Shown here piece after piece: positions 37,041 through 47,781 of a stretch of DNA of 64,000 nt (within the stretch, counting starts at the first letter, position 1; each line of letters opens with the position of its first letter). A program made the translations under genes and the position numbers. The DNA is taken from assembly GCA_903927005.1 (NCBI GenBank), contig CAIYLH010000004.1, positions 19,177 to 83,176 on the forward strand. The letters are read 5' to 3'. Source of the stretch: an uncultured Pseudomonadota bacterium. GTDB lineage: Bacteria > Pseudomonadota > Gammaproteobacteria > Steroidobacterales > Steroidobacteraceae. The notes under the pieces were generated by a model. It worked only from the letters and a program-made list of their open reading frames with translations, was not told where the DNA came from and did not search any database.

Positions 37041-37487
37041 TTAGCCGCCGAGCAGTGCCTTGACGCGGGCGCCCACGGCACCCATGTCGGCACGACCTGC
37101 GGCCTTGCCTTTGACGATGCCCATGACCTTGCCCATGTCCTTGACGGACGTGGCGCCAGTCGCGGCCATTGCCTCCTGGATCAGGGCGTCGAGCTCGGCA
37201 TCCGCCAGCTGCGCCGGCAGGTACGAGGTCAGAACCTCGATCTCCGACGCTTCCTTGGCGGCCAGGTCGGCGCGACCGCCAGCCTCGAACTGCACCACCG
37301 ACTCCTTGCGCTGCTTGATCATCTTTTCGATGACCGACAGCGTTTGGATGTCGTCGAGCGTGATCCGCTCGTCGACTTCGCGCTGCTTGATCGCCGCTTG
37401 CAGCATGCGAATCAGGCTCAGGCGATCTTTTTCGCCTGAGCGCATCGCCGTCTTCATTTCATCGGTGATGCGTTCGCGCAGCGTCAT
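37041..37487 (-). CDS. yqeY: GatB/YqeY domain-containing protein
   Basis: 148 aa. MTLRERITDEMKTAMRSGEKDRLSLIRMLQAAIKQREVDE in the conserved position between rpsU and dnaG. Confidence 0.9.
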   Translation of the reverse strand: MTLRERITDEMKTAMRSGEKDRLSLIRMLQAAIKQREVDERITLDDIQTLSVIEKMIKQRKESVVQFEAGGRADLAAKEASEIEVLTSYLPAQLADAELDALIQEAMAATGATSVKDMGKVMGIVKGKAAGRADMGAVGARVKALLGG

Positions 37488-37501
37488 CGCGGTGTCGCCG
37501 C

Positions 37502-37711
37502 TCAGCGCGGCGCGCGCATCCCTTCGCGGGACAGGCGCTTGAGGTGGCGCTTTACGGCAGCCGCCTTCTTACGCTTACGCTCCTGGGTCGGCTTCTCGTA
37601 GAATTCGCGGCGCCGCAGCTCCGTGAGCACGCCCGCTTTCTCGCAGGCGCGCTTGAATCGACGCAGGGCGGCGTCGAAGTACTCGTTCTCGCGGATTCGT
37701 ACGCTCGGCAT
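37502..37711 (-). CDS. rpsU: 30S ribosomal protein S21
   Basis: 69 aa beginning [49 protein letters not shown]. Confidence 0.95.
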   Translation of the reverse strand: MPSVRIRENEYFDAALRRFKRACEKAGVLTELRRREFYEKPTQERKRKKAAAVKRHLKRLSREGMRAPR

Positions 37712-37841
37712 TGAGATCGACCTTTCTCGGGGTAATTACCCGACGCATGCCGGGCACAGAGCCGGTTAGTTTACGGATGTCCTTCCTGAAAATCAAAAAC
37801 GTCATTGCATCGCCCCAAATCTGCCTTTCGCCGGGGGGGCT

Positions 37842-38864
37842 GTGAGGGTCCTCGGCGTCGAGACTTCCTGCGACGAAACGGCTGTCGCGGTCTATGACGG
37901 CGCCGCTGGATTGCAGGTTCACTGCGTCTATACGCAGGCCGATTTGCACGAGATCTGGGGTGGGGTGGTGCCGGAGCTGGCCTCCCGCGACCACGTCCGC
38001 CGGCTGCTGCCGATGGTTCGGGCCGTGCTGGCTGACGGCGGCCTCAAGCCCGCCGACCTCGACGGGGTGGCCTATACCGCCGGTCCCGGCCTGATTGGGG
38101 CGCTTTTGGTCGGTGCGCTGGCCGGTCGCAGTCTGGCGTACGCCTGGGGCCTGCCGGCGCTGGGGGTGCACCACCTCGAGGGTCATTTGCTGGCGCCGCG
38201 GCTGGAGGCCGATCCGCCGGCATTCCCTTATCTGGCGCTCTTGGTGTCCGGCGGCCACACGATGCTGATCGACGTCGAGGGCGTGGGGCGCTACACGGTG
38301 CTCGGTGAGTCGCTGGACGACGCGGCGGGCGAGGCCTTCGACAAGACCGCCAAGTTGCTGGGGCTGGCTTATCCGGGGGGCGCCAAGCTTGCTGCCCTGG
38401 CGGAACAGGGGCGCCCAGGCGTCTACCGCTTTCCGCGGCCCATGCTCGACCGGCCGGGCTTCGATTTCAGCTTCAGCGGGCTCAAGACCGCTGCGCTGCT
38501 GGCGCTGAAGGCCGCGCCTGCTGGTGAACAGGCGCGCGCAGACCTTGCGCGCGGGTTCGAAGACGCGATCGTCGATACGCTGGTCGTCAAAACCGGCCGG
38601 GCGCTTGCCGCCACCGGCCGGACGATGCTGGTCGTCGCCGGTGGGGTCGGGGCAAATCGCCGGCTGCGCGCGGCGCTGACCGAGGTCGCTGCCCGGCACG
38701 GGGCCCGAACCGCCTATCCGCGCGCCGAGTTCTGCACCGACAACGCGGCGATGATCGCGCTGGCCGGGCACGAGCGGCTGATTGCCGGCGAGAGATCTGG
38801 CCTGCCGGTGCTGGCGCGCGCACGCTGGCCGCTGGCCGAGCTGAGGGCGCCTGGCGAGGGATGA
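37842..38864 (+). CDS. tsaD: tRNA N6-adenosine threonylcarbamoyltransferase TsaD
   Basis: 340 aa with GTG start. Contains [19 protein letters not shown] and [10 protein letters not shown]. Confidence 0.95.
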   Translation: MRVLGVETSCDETAVAVYDGAAGLQVHCVYTQADLHEIWGGVVPELASRDHVRRLLPMVRAVLADGGLKPADLDGVAYTAGPGLIGALLVGALAGRSLAYAWGLPALGVHHLEGHLLAPRLEADPPAFPYLALLVSGGHTMLIDVEGVGRYTVLGESLDDAAGEAFDKTAKLLGLAYPGGAKLAALAEQGRPGVYRFPRPMLDRPGFDFSFSGLKTAALLALKAAPAGEQARADLARGFEDAIVDTLVVKTGRALAATGRTMLVVAGGVGANRRLRAALTEVAARHGARTAYPRAEFCTDNAAMIALAGHERLIAGERSGLPVLARARWPLAELRAPGEG

Positions 38865-38939
38865 CCGTGCAGTCCGGGCCGGGCGCTGGTAGGGTTCGGC
38901 ACCCCGCTCGCCGGTGGCATGACTTTTAAGGAATCTCAG

Positions 38940-39311
38940 GTGAAGGGCGACCGAATCTTCCTGCGCGAACTGAAGACCGAGACCATCATCGGGATCTACG
39001 ACTGGGAGCGGAAGATCCGCCAGACGTTGTCGTTCGATTTCGAGTTTCCGGGCGACATCCGTCGGGCCGCGAAGAGCGACAAGATCGAAGATACGCTCGA
39101 TTACAAGTCGGTCGCCAAACGCGTACTCGCGTTCGTCGAGGCCAGCCAGTACCAACTGGTCGAGACCTTGGCGGAGAACATCGCACAGATGATCCTGCGC
39201 GAGTTCGGCCTTGAGTGGGTCAAGATCACGGTCAGCAAGCCCGGGGCGGTGCGTGGCAGTCGGGATGTAGGCGTGATCATCGAGCGCACGCGCGCCGACC
39301 TCGACGCCTGA
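38940..39311 (+). CDS. folB: Dihydroneopterin aldolase
   Basis: GTG at 38940 with AAGGA 7 nt upstream (track ATG at 38919 is an alternative). Contains DRIFLRELKTETIIGIYDWERKIRQ...DYKSVAKRV. Confidence 0.85.
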   Translation: MKGDRIFLRELKTETIIGIYDWERKIRQTLSFDFEFPGDIRRAAKSDKIEDTLDYKSVAKRVLAFVEASQYQLVETLAENIAQMILREFGLEWVKITVSKPGAVRGSRDVGVIIERTRADLDA

Positions 39312-39316
39312 ACGCG

Positions 39317-39850
39317 ATGACCCTCCCGCGCGCGTCGGCAGCAGGCGGTACCCCGGTCCGGGTGTACGTGTCGGCCGGCTCGAACGTGGCGCCGATCGAG
39401 AGCCTGAATCGTGCGCTAGACAGCGTGCGCGCGGCATTTTCCGATGTCGTCATCTCGCAGGCCTATGCCAACGCAGCGATCGGCTTCGTAGGGCCGGACT
39501 TCATCAACCTCGCGTTCAGCTTCACCACCGATCGTTCGCTTGCCGACGTGCTCGCGGTGCTGCATGGGATTGAAGAGGATTGCGGTCGCGGCCGAACCGA
39601 CCCGAAGTGGGCGCCGCGGCGCATGGACCTAGACGTGCTGCTATTCGGCGACCTGGTGGGCGAGTTCCCCGGTGCAAAACTGCCGCGACCAGACTTTGTG
39701 AAGCGCGCGTTCATGCTTGGGCCGCTGGCCGAGATCGCCCCTGACGCCGTGCACCCGACGCTCGGTGAATCGATTGGCTGGCTGTGGTCGCAGTTCGATC
39801 AGGCTTCGCACCGCCTGCGGCACGTACAGCTCGATTCGAGCGCGGGCTAG
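39317..39850 (+). CDS. folK: 2-amino-4-hydroxy-6-hydroxymethyldihydropteridine diphosphokinase
   Basis: Start at MTLPRAS...VRVYVSAGSNVAP. Contains WAPRRMDLDVLLFGD and LPRPDFVKRAFMLGPLAEIAPD. Confidence 0.85.
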   Translation: MTLPRASAAGGTPVRVYVSAGSNVAPIESLNRALDSVRAAFSDVVISQAYANAAIGFVGPDFINLAFSFTTDRSLADVLAVLHGIEEDCGRGRTDPKWAPRRMDLDVLLFGDLVGEFPGAKLPRPDFVKRAFMLGPLAEIAPDAVHPTLGESIGWLWSQFDQASHRLRHVQLDSSAG

Positions 39851-40608
39851 AACCCGCCGACCGTCCGCCCGCCGTCTACCGGCAGGATCTGGCCGGTCAC
39901 ATACGGGGCGTCGCGGACGAAGAACAGAGCGGCGCGCGCGATGTCGTCCGCGCTGCCGATGCGCTTGAGCGCGGTGCGCTCGATGATCCGCGCCTGCAGG
40001 TCTGCATCCATCTCGCCCTCCGGCCACATCACAGGTCCCGGTGCGATGCCGTTCACGCGTATCTCCGGCGCAAGCTCGCGTGCCAGCGATTGCGTCAGCA
40101 TCGCCAGTCCCGCCTTCGCGGCCGAGTACACAGGATGGCGCTTGAGCGGCCGGAAGGCGTGGATGTCGACCATGTTCAGGATCAGCCCGCCGTGTTGCCG
40201 CAGCGCAGGCGCTGCGGCCTGGCTCAGGAACAGCGGTGCGCGCAGGTTGCTGCCGAGCAGGTCATCGAACTGCGCGGCGGTGATCTCGCCGATCGGTGTC
40301 GGATAGAACGTCGAGGCGTTGTTGACCAGCACGTCGAGTCTGCCGAAGGCACTGATCGTCGCCGCGACGATGCCTGGCAGGACAGCGAGGTCGTTGAGGT
40401 CGGCCGCGACGCTTGCGGCGGAGCCGGCGCGCAGCGAGTTGAGTTCGTCGACCAGCGCCTGAGCTGCCGCGGCGGAGTCGCGGTGATGGATCATCACCCG
40501 GCAACCTGCGCCGTGCAGCGTGCGTGCCATCGCGGCCCCGAGGCGGCGGGCGCCGCCGGTGATCAGGACGGCGTGTTCGTACAGGGACAGTGGCGCGGAG
40601 GACGTCAT
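39847..40608 (-). CDS. Pteridine reductase (SDR family, FolM-like)
   Basis: 253 aa. Contains VLITGGARRLGAAMARTL and YSAAKAGLAMLTQSLA. Adjacent and convergent to folBK. Confidence 0.75.
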   Translation of the reverse strand: MTSSAPLSLYEHAVLITGGARRLGAAMARTLHGAGCRVMIHHRDSAAAAQALVDELNSLRAGSAASVAADLNDLAVLPGIVAATISAFGRLDVLVNNASTFYPTPIGEITAAQFDDLLGSNLRAPLFLSQAAAPALRQHGGLILNMVDIHAFRPLKRHPVYSAAKAGLAMLTQSLARELAPEIRVNGIAPGPVMWPEGEMDADLQARIIERTALKRIGSADDIARAALFFVRDAPYVTGQILPVDGGRTVGGF

Positions 40609-40649
40609 CGGGCGAGGATACCGGTACCGTTTCTGCCCTGCACGGCCCT

Positions 40650-41822
40650 ATGTTCATCCCTCTCGAGCTCGTCCCACTGTCAGCCGACGAAGCCGCCCAC
40701 GAAGCGCGTGTCGTTGCGGCTGTGCGCGCCGCCCTCGTGGGTGCGGGCGGCTGGCTCTCCTTCGAGCACTACATGGACCTTGTCCTGTACGGCCCGGGAC
40801 TAGGCTATTACGCCGCTGGCGCCCACAAGCTCGGCGCAGGCGGGGATTTCGTGACCGCACCGGAGCTGTCCGCGGTGTTTGGTCGTTGCGTTGCGAGCCA
40901 GTGCGCAGAGGTGCTGGAGGCGCTCGGCGGTGGCGAGATCATCGAGATCGGCGCGGGCAGCGGGGCGCTCGCCGAGCAAGTGCTGACGGAGCTGGCGGCG
41001 CGCGAGCGGCTGCCGACTCGCTACCGCATCCTCGAGATCAGCCCCGACCTGCAGGCGCGCCAGCGCGACCGACTGGCACGGTTGCCGGCTGCTGCCGCGG
41101 CCTGTGTCGAGTGGCTCGAATCGGTGCCATCTGCGCCGCTGCGCGGAGTGGTGCTGGCTAACGAAGTTCTTGATGCACTTCCCGTTGAGCGCTTCCGTAT
41201 CGAGTCCAATGGCGTCAGTTCGCTCGGCGTCGAGTGGCGCGACGGCCGCCTCGCCTGGGCGGCGCGGCCCGCCTCTGCAGGGCTTGCTGCGGCGATCGAG
41301 AGGCTCGAGGTGCCGCTGCCTGCCGGTTACGTCAGCGAGACCTGTCTGCGGCTCGGGCCATGGCTGGCCGCCGTCACCGCGCCGCTTGCGGCGGGCATCG
41401 CGCTGTTCATCGATTACGGGTTCGGGCGCCGCGCGTACTACGACCCATCGCGCGACGGCGGAACGCTCGCTTGCTTCCATCGCCATCGCCGTCACGAGGA
41501 TCCGTTTGCGAATGTCGGCCTGCAGGATCTGACGGCATGGGTCGACTTCACCCGCGTTGCTGAGGCGGCGCTGGCGGCGGGCCTGGAGATCGGCGGCTAT
41601 ACGACGCAGGCGAACTTCCTGCTGGGTACGGATTTCGAGGGGCACCTGGCGGCACTGCGGACGACATTACCGCCCGAGCGCGAGCCGCTGGCGGCCAACG
41701 CGGCACTGCGGCTGGTATTGCCCGGCGAGATGGGTGAGCGGTTCAAGGCCATCGCGCTGACGCGCGATTACGAAGGGCCGCTGTCGGGGTTCGCGCTGCG
41801 GGATATTACGGCGACGCTGTAG
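40650..41822 (+). CDS. Class I SAM-dependent methyltransferase (DUF185 / MidA-NDUFAF7-like)
   Basis: Start at [10 protein letters not shown]. Contains [26 protein letters not shown] and [10 protein letters not shown]. The 3' end overlaps convergent cca by 17 nt. Confidence 0.8.
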   Translation: MFIPLELVPLSADEAAHEARVVAAVRAALVGAGGWLSFEHYMDLVLYGPGLGYYAAGAHKLGAGGDFVTAPELSAVFGRCVASQCAEVLEALGGGEIIEIGAGSGALAEQVLTELAARERLPTRYRILEISPDLQARQRDRLARLPAAAAACVEWLESVPSAPLRGVVLANEVLDALPVERFRIESNGVSSLGVEWRDGRLAWAARPASAGLAAAIERLEVPLPAGYVSETCLRLGPWLAAVTAPLAAGIALFIDYGFGRRAYYDPSRDGGTLACFHRHRRHEDPFANVGLQDLTAWVDFTRVAEAALAAGLEIGGYTTQANFLLGTDFEGHLAALRTTLPPEREPLAANAALRLVLPGEMGERFKAIALTRDYEGPLSGFALRDITATL

Positions 41823-43047
41823 GCGGACGTGCTGCGCACAGCAGTGCCAGGGCCTCAAGTCTGCGTTCTCGCATCCTCACGCCGATCGCAGGTCCCGCAA
41901 GGCCTGCGCGCTCCTCGGCCGTCAATGCCACTGCGGCGACCGCCGCGAGCGCCGCGGCGAGAAACGTAGCCTGTGGATACGGTCGCAGTTCGAAACCGTA
42001 GCGACCGCGGAAGTCGGCCTCGCAGGCGGTCAGGAACTCGCCGAACCGTTCCGGGCGACGCTGCGCGTCGCAGCGCTCAAGCAGATCGAGCACGGTGGCT
42101 GGGCGCAGCTGTAGTGCGCGGTGACAGTTGCCGTGGTCGCGGGCCACCGCGACCGCCAGTTCGCGAAAATCGTTTGGTACGCGCAGCCGTTCGCCAAGCG
42201 CGTGAATCAGCGCAACGCCGCGGCGCTCGTGGTCTATGTGGCGCGGCCACTCGGCGGGCGGGGTCGTGCCTTTGCCCAGATCGTGCATCAGCGCGGCGAA
42301 TCGCACTCGTGGCAGTGGCGACAGTTGTGCCGCGGCGCGCAGCACGAGCCGCACATGCACGCCGGTGTCGATTTCCGGATGCCACAGCGGTGGCTGTGGC
42401 ACGCCGTGCAGGCGCTCAAGCTCGGGGAAGATCACCGCCAGCGCCGCGGCTTCGCGCAGCACGTCGAAGTACACCTCCGGCGACGGCTCCGCGAGCGCCT
42501 TGGCGGTTTCCTGCCAGACGCGCTCGGCGACCAGGGCGTCGATTTCGCCGGTTGCCGCCATCTGCCGCATCAGGGCCATCGTTTCGGGGGCGACGCTGAA
42601 GCCTAGACGGGCGTAGCGGGCGGCAAAGCGGGCGACCCTGAGCACCCGCACCGGGTCTTCCGCGAATGCCGGGGAGACGTGCCGTAGCAGGCGTGCCTCA
42701 AGGTCGCGCTGGCCGCCGTAGGGGTCAACCAACGTGCCGTCACCGCCGCGAGCCATGGCGTTGATGGTCAGATCGCGTCGTTCCAGGTCTTGTTCGAGCG
42801 TCACATCCGGGGTGAAGCGCGTTTCGAAGCCATGATACCCAGGCCCGGTCTTGCGCTCGGTTCGCGCCAGCGCGTACTCCTCGCGACTGTGCGGGTGCAG
42901 AAATACCGGGAAGTCGCGCCCGACGCGCCGGTAGCCTTCGCGCTCCAGTGCCTCGGCGGTGGCGCCGACGATGACCCAGTCGCGCTCGTGAACCGTTAGG
43001 CCCAGCATCGCGTCCCGTACCGCACCGCCGACGAGAAAAGTCTGCAT
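41806..43047 (-). CDS. cca: Multifunctional CCA-adding enzyme (tRNA nucleotidyltransferase with HD domain)
   Basis: Start at [17 protein letters not shown]. Contains DLTINAMA and an HD region [11 protein letters not shown]. Confidence 0.9.
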   Translation of the reverse strand: MQTFLVGGAVRDAMLGLTVHERDWVIVGATAEALEREGYRRVGRDFPVFLHPHSREEYALARTERKTGPGYHGFETRFTPDVTLEQDLERRDLTINAMARGGDGTLVDPYGGQRDLEARLLRHVSPAFAEDPVRVLRVARFAARYARLGFSVAPETMALMRQMAATGEIDALVAERVWQETAKALAEPSPEVYFDVLREAAALAVIFPELERLHGVPQPPLWHPEIDTGVHVRLVLRAAAQLSPLPRVRFAALMHDLGKGTTPPAEWPRHIDHERRGVALIHALGERLRVPNDFRELAVAVARDHGNCHRALQLRPATVLDLLERCDAQRRPERFGEFLTACEADFRGRYGFELRPYPQATFLAAALAAVAAVALTAEERAGLAGPAIGVRMRERRLEALALLCAARPPTASP

Positions 43048-43133
43048 GGGGGGGATTCTAGCGGCGCGGCGCGTCGGCGGGGGCGGCGCGTTAGACTCCG
43101 GCGAGTGTCGCCCGCCTGCACCGGTCCCGCCCA

Positions 43134-44156
43134 ATGACGCCGCGCCTCGGCTTGCTGCTGCTCGCCACGTTGCCGCTCGCGGGCTGCTACGTTCTGCAGG
43201 CGGCCGGCGGACAGCTGCGGCTCAACGCCAGCCGGGTGCCGGTAACCACGCTGCTGCAGGCCCCCTCGACGACCCCTGAGCTGCGCAAGCGCCTCGCCGG
43301 GGCGACGCGGATGCGCGATTACGCTAGCCGCGAGCTCGCCCTGCCCGACAATCGCAGCTATCGCGCCTATGCGGATCTGGGCCGACCATACGTGGTCTGG
43401 ACGGTGTATGCGGCGCCGGAGTTTTCGGTGGAGCCGCGCACCTGGTGCTTCCCGATCGCCGGCTGTGTCGCCTACCGGGGCTACTTTGACGAGGCGCGCG
43501 CTCAGGCCTTCGCGCGCCGCTTACGGGCACGCGGCGATGATGTCGATGTGCAGGGGGTCGTCGCCTATTCGACGCTCGGTCATTTCGCCGATCCGCTGCT
43601 CAGCTCGATGCTGCGCTGGGACGATGACGAGCTGGCAGCGCTGATGTTCCACGAGCTGGCCCACCAGCAGCTCTATGTGGTGGGTGACACCGCCTTCAAC
43701 GAGGCGTTTGCCAGTCTGATTGAGGAGGAGGGTTTGCGTCGCTGGCTCGTCCACGAGGGGCGGCCCGAGGCGCTCGCCACGCATGATTTGCGCATGCGCG
43801 GGGCGCGCGAATTCGCCGCCTTGCTGCGCGACAGCCGGGCCCGACTGCGCGCGTTGTACAGCCAGCCGCTCGCCCCGGCGGCGCGGCGGGCGGCCAAGGC
43901 GGCCGAGTTCGAGCGGCTAAGGGTGGCGTACGCTGCCGCACGCCCCGGCGGTGGCAGTTATGACTGGCTGCTGCACGCGCCATTGAATAACGCGGTGCTG
44001 CTGGAGGTCGCGACCTACCGGGACTGCGTGCCAACGCTGACGCAAGCCCTGGCGCGCGTGGCGGGCGACCTGCCTAGGTTCTATGCGCAGATGGCAGCGC
44101 TCGCTGCCGGCCGGCCGGTGCCGCGGCAGGCGTTGTGCGAGGCGGTCGCGCCTTAG
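43134..44156 (+). CDS. Predicted aminopeptidase lipoprotein (COG4324-like, HExxH)
   Basis: 340 aa. Lipobox [16 protein letters not shown]. Zinc motif MFHELAHQ. Confidence 0.75.
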   Translation: MTPRLGLLLLATLPLAGCYVLQAAGGQLRLNASRVPVTTLLQAPSTTPELRKRLAGATRMRDYASRELALPDNRSYRAYADLGRPYVVWTVYAAPEFSVEPRTWCFPIAGCVAYRGYFDEARAQAFARRLRARGDDVDVQGVVAYSTLGHFADPLLSSMLRWDDDELAALMFHELAHQQLYVVGDTAFNEAFASLIEEEGLRRWLVHEGRPEALATHDLRMRGAREFAALLRDSRARLRALYSQPLAPAARRAAKAAEFERLRVAYAAARPGGGSYDWLLHAPLNNAVLLEVATYRDCVPTLTQALARVAGDLPRFYAQMAALAAGRPVPRQALCEAVAP

Positions 44157-44226
44157 TTGGCGCAGGTCATCCAGACAGAGCGGCACCCGCAGTGTCCGCA
44201 GCGGTTGCGCTGTAGGTGGCCGCCCG

Positions 44227-45189
44227 TCACACGCTCGTGTGGGCGGCGGCTGACTCGCGTTGCAGTACCGCGCCGCGATGATCGCCCAGATAGGTCGGCG
44301 CGATCGCGGTGAGCGTGGCGGGCGTGATGCCCAGTCGGCCACAGCCATCGTCGCTGCATATCGAATCCAGCAGCAGTGAACGGAAGTTGTCGAGTGACAG
44401 TGGCTTGCCGGGGAAATAGTCGAGCAGCGCTGCCTGCAGTCGACCGAGTGAGTCGGGTAGGCCGATCACCGGCCGACGGCGACCGGTCAACGCACCGACG
44501 TAGCGGACGATCGCGGCCAGCGTGACGATGTCTGGGCCGCCGAGTTCATAGGTGGCGCCGACGCTGTCGCGGCGCACGAGCGAGCGCGCCATTGCCTCCA
44601 CCACGTCGCCCACCCAGATCGGCTGGAAGCGGGCCCCCGCCCGGGCCAGCGGCAGCATCGGCGCGAAGCGCAGCAGCGCCGCAAACCGGTTGAGGAACGA
44701 GTCGCCGCGCCCGAAGATCACCGACGGTCGGAATATCGTCCAGGCGAGCTCGTCGCCAGCGCCAGCGCGGATCGCCTGTTCCGCCAGGGCCTTGCTGCGC
44801 AGGTAATGGCTGGGGGCGTCGCGGGAGGCGCGCAGTGAGCTCATCTGCAGCAGCCGAGGAACTCCGGCCGAGCGGCATGCGTCGACCAGTGTCGTGGCCA
44901 GTTCGGTGTGCGCGCGCAGGAAGCCGCGGCCATCGTGGCCGCGCTCGTTGAGGATACCGATCAGGTTGATCGCGACGTCCTGGCCGCGCAGCGCCACTGA
45001 CAGTTGGGTTGCGTCGTGGACGTCGGTGTCGAGCAGTTCGAGCCCCGGCAGCACACTGAGTGCGCGGTGTCGAAATCGGTTGCGGGTCAGGATCCGCACG
45101 CGGTGCCCGTCGCGGATCAGGCGGGAGGCAAGGTGGCTGCCGACGAAACCGGTGCCGCCCAGGATGCAGAGGGACAGTGAGCGCATCAA
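44227..45189 (-). CDS. NAD(P)H-binding complex I NDUFA9-like / epimerase family protein
   Basis: 320 aa. Contains ILGGTGFVGSHLASRL (Rossmann fold). Confidence 0.8.
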   Translation of the reverse strand: MMRSLSLCILGGTGFVGSHLASRLIRDGHRVRILTRNRFRHRALSVLPGLELLDTDVHDATQLSVALRGQDVAINLIGILNERGHDGRGFLRAHTELATTLVDACRSAGVPRLLQMSSLRASRDAPSHYLRSKALAEQAIRAGAGDELAWTIFRPSVIFGRGDSFLNRFAALLRFAPMLPLARAGARFQPIWVGDVVEAMARSLVRRDSVGATYELGGPDIVTLAAIVRYVGALTGRRRPVIGLPDSLGRLQAALLDYFPGKPLSLDNFRSLLLDSICSDDGCGRLGITPATLTAIAPTYLGDHRGAVLQRESAAAHTSV

Positions 45190-45244
45190 AATTCCCGACT
45201 CGGCGACGGGCCGAGCCGGGAGTATAGCGTCGTCGCGTGTGCGC

Positions 45245-46642
45245 TCAGCGCAGCGGCACGATCAGTGTCGTGTCGCCGCGCTTGACGGTCAGCAGCAGGG
45301 TTGCCTGGTCCTTGCTGGCCGCGCGCAGCTCTTTCAGGCTGGCGACGGCCTTGCGGTTCACCGTCGTGATCACGTCATTTGGGTGCAGCTGCGTCTGGCT
45401 CGCTGCGCTGCCAGGCTCTATCGAGCGCACCACGACGCCGCCGCCTGCGGCATCGCCCAGGTCCGCGCCCTCGAGGGCGTGGTGCAGTTCGCCGGCCGCG
45501 GCCTCCTCGGTCGTGCCAGCGGCACCGCTCTTGGCAGTAACCAGTGCGGATAGGTGGCGGCTCTTGCCGTCGCGGAACACGCTGACGTCGACGTTTTCGC
45601 CGACGCGCATCAGGCCGATGCGGTTGCGCAGGTCGGCCGCCGACTTGACCGCCGTGCCGTTGACGCTGGTGATGACATCGCCTGCCTTGATGCCGGCCTT
45701 GTCCGCGGCCGAGCCCTCGACCACTTGCTGTACGAGCGCGCCTTGCAGGTCCTTAGCGCCTAGATTGTCGGCCAGGTCCGGCGTCAGCGTCAGGATCGTG
45801 ACACCGAGCAGGCCGCGCTTGACCTCACCGTACTTGACCAGCTGGTCCATGATCGAACGGACCATGTTCGACGGGATGGCGAAACCGATGCCGATGTTGC
45901 CGCCGGAACGGGACAGGATCGCCGAATTGATGCCGATCAGCTCGCCGCGCAGGTTAATCAGCGCGCCGCCGGAGTTGCCGGGGTTGATCGAGGCGTCGGT
46001 CTGGATGAAATCCTCGTAGCCGTCTGGGTTGATGCCCGAACGGCCGAGGGCGCTGATGATGCCGTAGGTGACGGTGTGCTGCAGGCCGAACGGGTTGCCG
46101 ATCGCCAGCACGAAGTCGCCGACCTCGGCCTTGCTCGAGTCGCCCAGCGGGATTTCAGCGAGCTTGGCGTCCTTGACCTTGACCACGGCGATGTCGGCGG
46201 CGGCGTCGGAGCCGACGACGGTCGCCTTGTAGTCGCGACCTTCGTTGGTCGTAACGGTGATCTCGGTGGCGTTCTCGACCACATGGGCGTTGGTGACAAT
46301 GAGCCCCTGCTTGGCGTCGATGACGACGCCGGAGCCGGCACTCTGGAACTGGCGCTGCCGGGGGCCTTGCTCGGGGACGTCGAAGAAGCGACGGAAGAAT
46401 GGGTCCTCGAGCAATGGGTTGCGCTGGCCGCGCTCGGCCACCGTGCCGCGTGTTGCGATATTGACGACGGCAGGGGAGGCGCGCTTGACGACCGGCGCCA
46501 GCGAGGGCAGCGGTGCGCCGGTCGCGTCGACCGGCGGCTGGCCGGCGTGGGCAGGGGCGATGGGCGCCAGGGCGCCGGCCATGAGCAGCGCGGCGAGAGC
46601 TGCGCCTGCGGTGTGGCGCCGTATGGACAGAGCAGTAAGCAT
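45245..46642 (-). CDS. Do/DegQ-family periplasmic serine endoprotease with two PDZ domains
   Basis: 465 aa with signal peptide. Contains VTNAHVV, DIAVVKV and TDASINPGNSGGALIN (catalytic triad contexts). Confidence 0.9.
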   Translation of the reverse strand: MLTALSIRRHTAGAALAALLMAGALAPIAPAHAGQPPVDATGAPLPSLAPVVKRASPAVVNIATRGTVAERGQRNPLLEDPFFRRFFDVPEQGPRQRQFQSAGSGVVIDAKQGLIVTNAHVVENATEITVTTNEGRDYKATVVGSDAAADIAVVKVKDAKLAEIPLGDSSKAEVGDFVLAIGNPFGLQHTVTYGIISALGRSGINPDGYEDFIQTDASINPGNSGGALINLRGELIGINSAILSRSGGNIGIGFAIPSNMVRSIMDQLVKYGEVKRGLLGVTILTLTPDLADNLGAKDLQGALVQQVVEGSAADKAGIKAGDVITSVNGTAVKSAADLRNRIGLMRVGENVDVSVFRDGKSRHLSALVTAKSGAAGTTEEAAAGELHHALEGADLGDAAGGGVVVRSIEPGSAASQTQLHPNDVITTVNRKAVASLKELRAASKDQATLLLTVKRGDTTLIVPLR

Positions 46643-46767
46643 GATGATCCCTTGGGTCCAGTGGGGACGAACGGTGACGTGCCGTTTCGCGCGGCAGCCG
46701 GCGGGGCCATGCTACCGCGCAAGACGCGACGTTGCGGATGACCGTTAGCGCGCCGCAAAAGTTCCGC

Positions 46768-46806
46768 GGTCCGGGGCGATGGGATTGGGTCCCAGCGCCC
46801 CGGACC
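46768..46806 (-). terminator. Long hairpin just downstream of hsp20 (11-bp stem GGTCCGGGGCG/CGCCCCGGACC with inner TGGGA/TCCCA pairing)
   Basis: Read directly. On the minus strand a short UUUU follows 7 nt after the stem, so it is only weakly intrinsic-terminator-like. Confidence 0.4.
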
Positions 46807-46812
46807 TGGCGA

Positions 46813-47253
46813 TCAAGCCGCCTCGACGGTGACCCGGCGCGGCAGGACCTGTGCCTGTTTCGGGATCGTCACTTCGAGCACGCCGTTGGCATGGCGGGCC
46901 TTGACCGCGTGCGAGTCCGCAGTGTCGGGCAGGCTAAAGCGGCGATAGAACTCGCCACTGACCCGTTCTACGCGCCGAAAGCCGTCTTTTTCGTCCCGGC
47001 CGGTCAGCTCGCGACGTCCGCGGATCGTCAGATCGCCCTTCTCAAGCGACACGTCGATGTTTTTCGGATCGACGCCTGGCAGGTCTGCGTGCAGTACGAA
47101 CTGCTTTTCTTCCTCGCGAATGTCGACGGTCGGAGCCCAGTCGACGACGGAACTTGGGGTGCCTTCGCCTAGCGCGGACGGAGTCATCAGGCGATCCAGA
47201 TCGCGGTGCAGGCGGTTCATCAGGGACCAAGGTTCATAGCGGATGAGGGTCAT
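46813..47253 (-). CDS. Hsp20/alpha-crystallin family small heat-shock protein
   Basis: 146 aa from ATG 47253. MTLIRYEPWSLMNRLHRDLDRLM...WAPTVDIREEEKQFVLHADLPGVDPKNIDVSLEKGDLTIRG...ANGVLEVTIPK. The 340-aa track ORF is an upstream read-through artefact. Confidence 0.9.
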   Translation of the reverse strand: MTLIRYEPWSLMNRLHRDLDRLMTPSALGEGTPSSVVDWAPTVDIREEEKQFVLHADLPGVDPKNIDVSLEKGDLTIRGRRELTGRDEKDGFRRVERVSGEFYRRFSLPDTADSHAVKARHANGVLEVTIPKQAQVLPRRVTVEAA

Positions 47254-47288
47254 GACGGCTCTCCTGGGGAGTTCGGGACACAAACCTG

Positions 47289-47316
47289 AGATAGGGAACC
47301 GCCGGCGGTTTTCAAG
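47289..47316 (-). promoter_or_regulatory. RpoH (sigma-32)-type heat-shock promoter for hsp20
   Basis: The minus strand reads CTCTTGAAA-N13-CCCTATCT, against the consensus CTTGAAA-N13-15-CCCCATnT, about 35 nt upstream of the ATG. Confidence 0.6.
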
Positions 47317-47587
47317 AGCGGGTTGGCCCGGATAGCACCTGCGCGAGGGCCTGCCGCAGGCAAGAGCCGACACGGCAGACCGGCCGGTGTCCCCGGCCCC
47401 GATGCCTGCGGCCGGCGATATTGCCGCGCCAAGGGACAACCCCGAGCATTGGCGGCGAATAAACAAAACACCGGCGATCAGTGACTTGGCGCGGGCTGCA
47501 GGGCCCGGCGGGCTGCCGTCACCCCGGCGCCCTTGAGCGGTGCATAACCTGTGGGTCAGCGGTGGAGCACGTGTGCGATCGCAGTGC

Positions 47588-47603
47588 ACACAATATCTTG
47601 TGT
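47588..47603. promoter_or_regulatory. NrdR-box candidate 1: ACACAATATCTTGTGT
   Basis: 16-bp palindrome matching the NrdR consensus acaCwAtATaTwGtgt. Lies in the AT-rich region upstream of nrdJ. Confidence 0.6.
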
Positions 47604-47726
47604 CTAGGCGTAGAGAACGTCTTGACAGTCCGGAGCCGTTGAGCGGCCCTAATATGTCGTAGGTAAAATATGTAACTAATTGAACTAAAAGGTTAAAAAT
47701 GGATGAGAAAAATTCTCCGCTGGCTC

Positions 47727-47755
47727 TTGACGTAGGCCTCGCCGAAAAATAACTT
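47727..47755 (+). promoter_or_regulatory. Candidate sigma-70 promoter for nrdJ: TTGACG-N17-TAACTT
   Basis: Hexamers and 17-nt spacer read directly. NrdR box 2 starts 11 nt downstream of the -10. Confidence 0.4.
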
Positions 47756-47765
47756 AGCTCACCTG

Positions 47766-47781
47766 CCACAAGATGTTGTGG
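47766..47781. promoter_or_regulatory. NrdR-box candidate 2: CCACAAGATGTTGTGG
   Basis: 16-bp palindrome with the CACAAnATnTTGTG core. Overlaps the predicted transcription start region. Confidence 0.6.

Noticed and set aside
37575-39437. 620-aa minus-strand ORF
   Set aside because: It is antisense to rpsU upstream, tsaD and folB, which have unmistakable homologues. The composition is Arg/Pro/Gly/Ala-rich with no motifs. This is the typical long antisense ORF of high-GC DNA.
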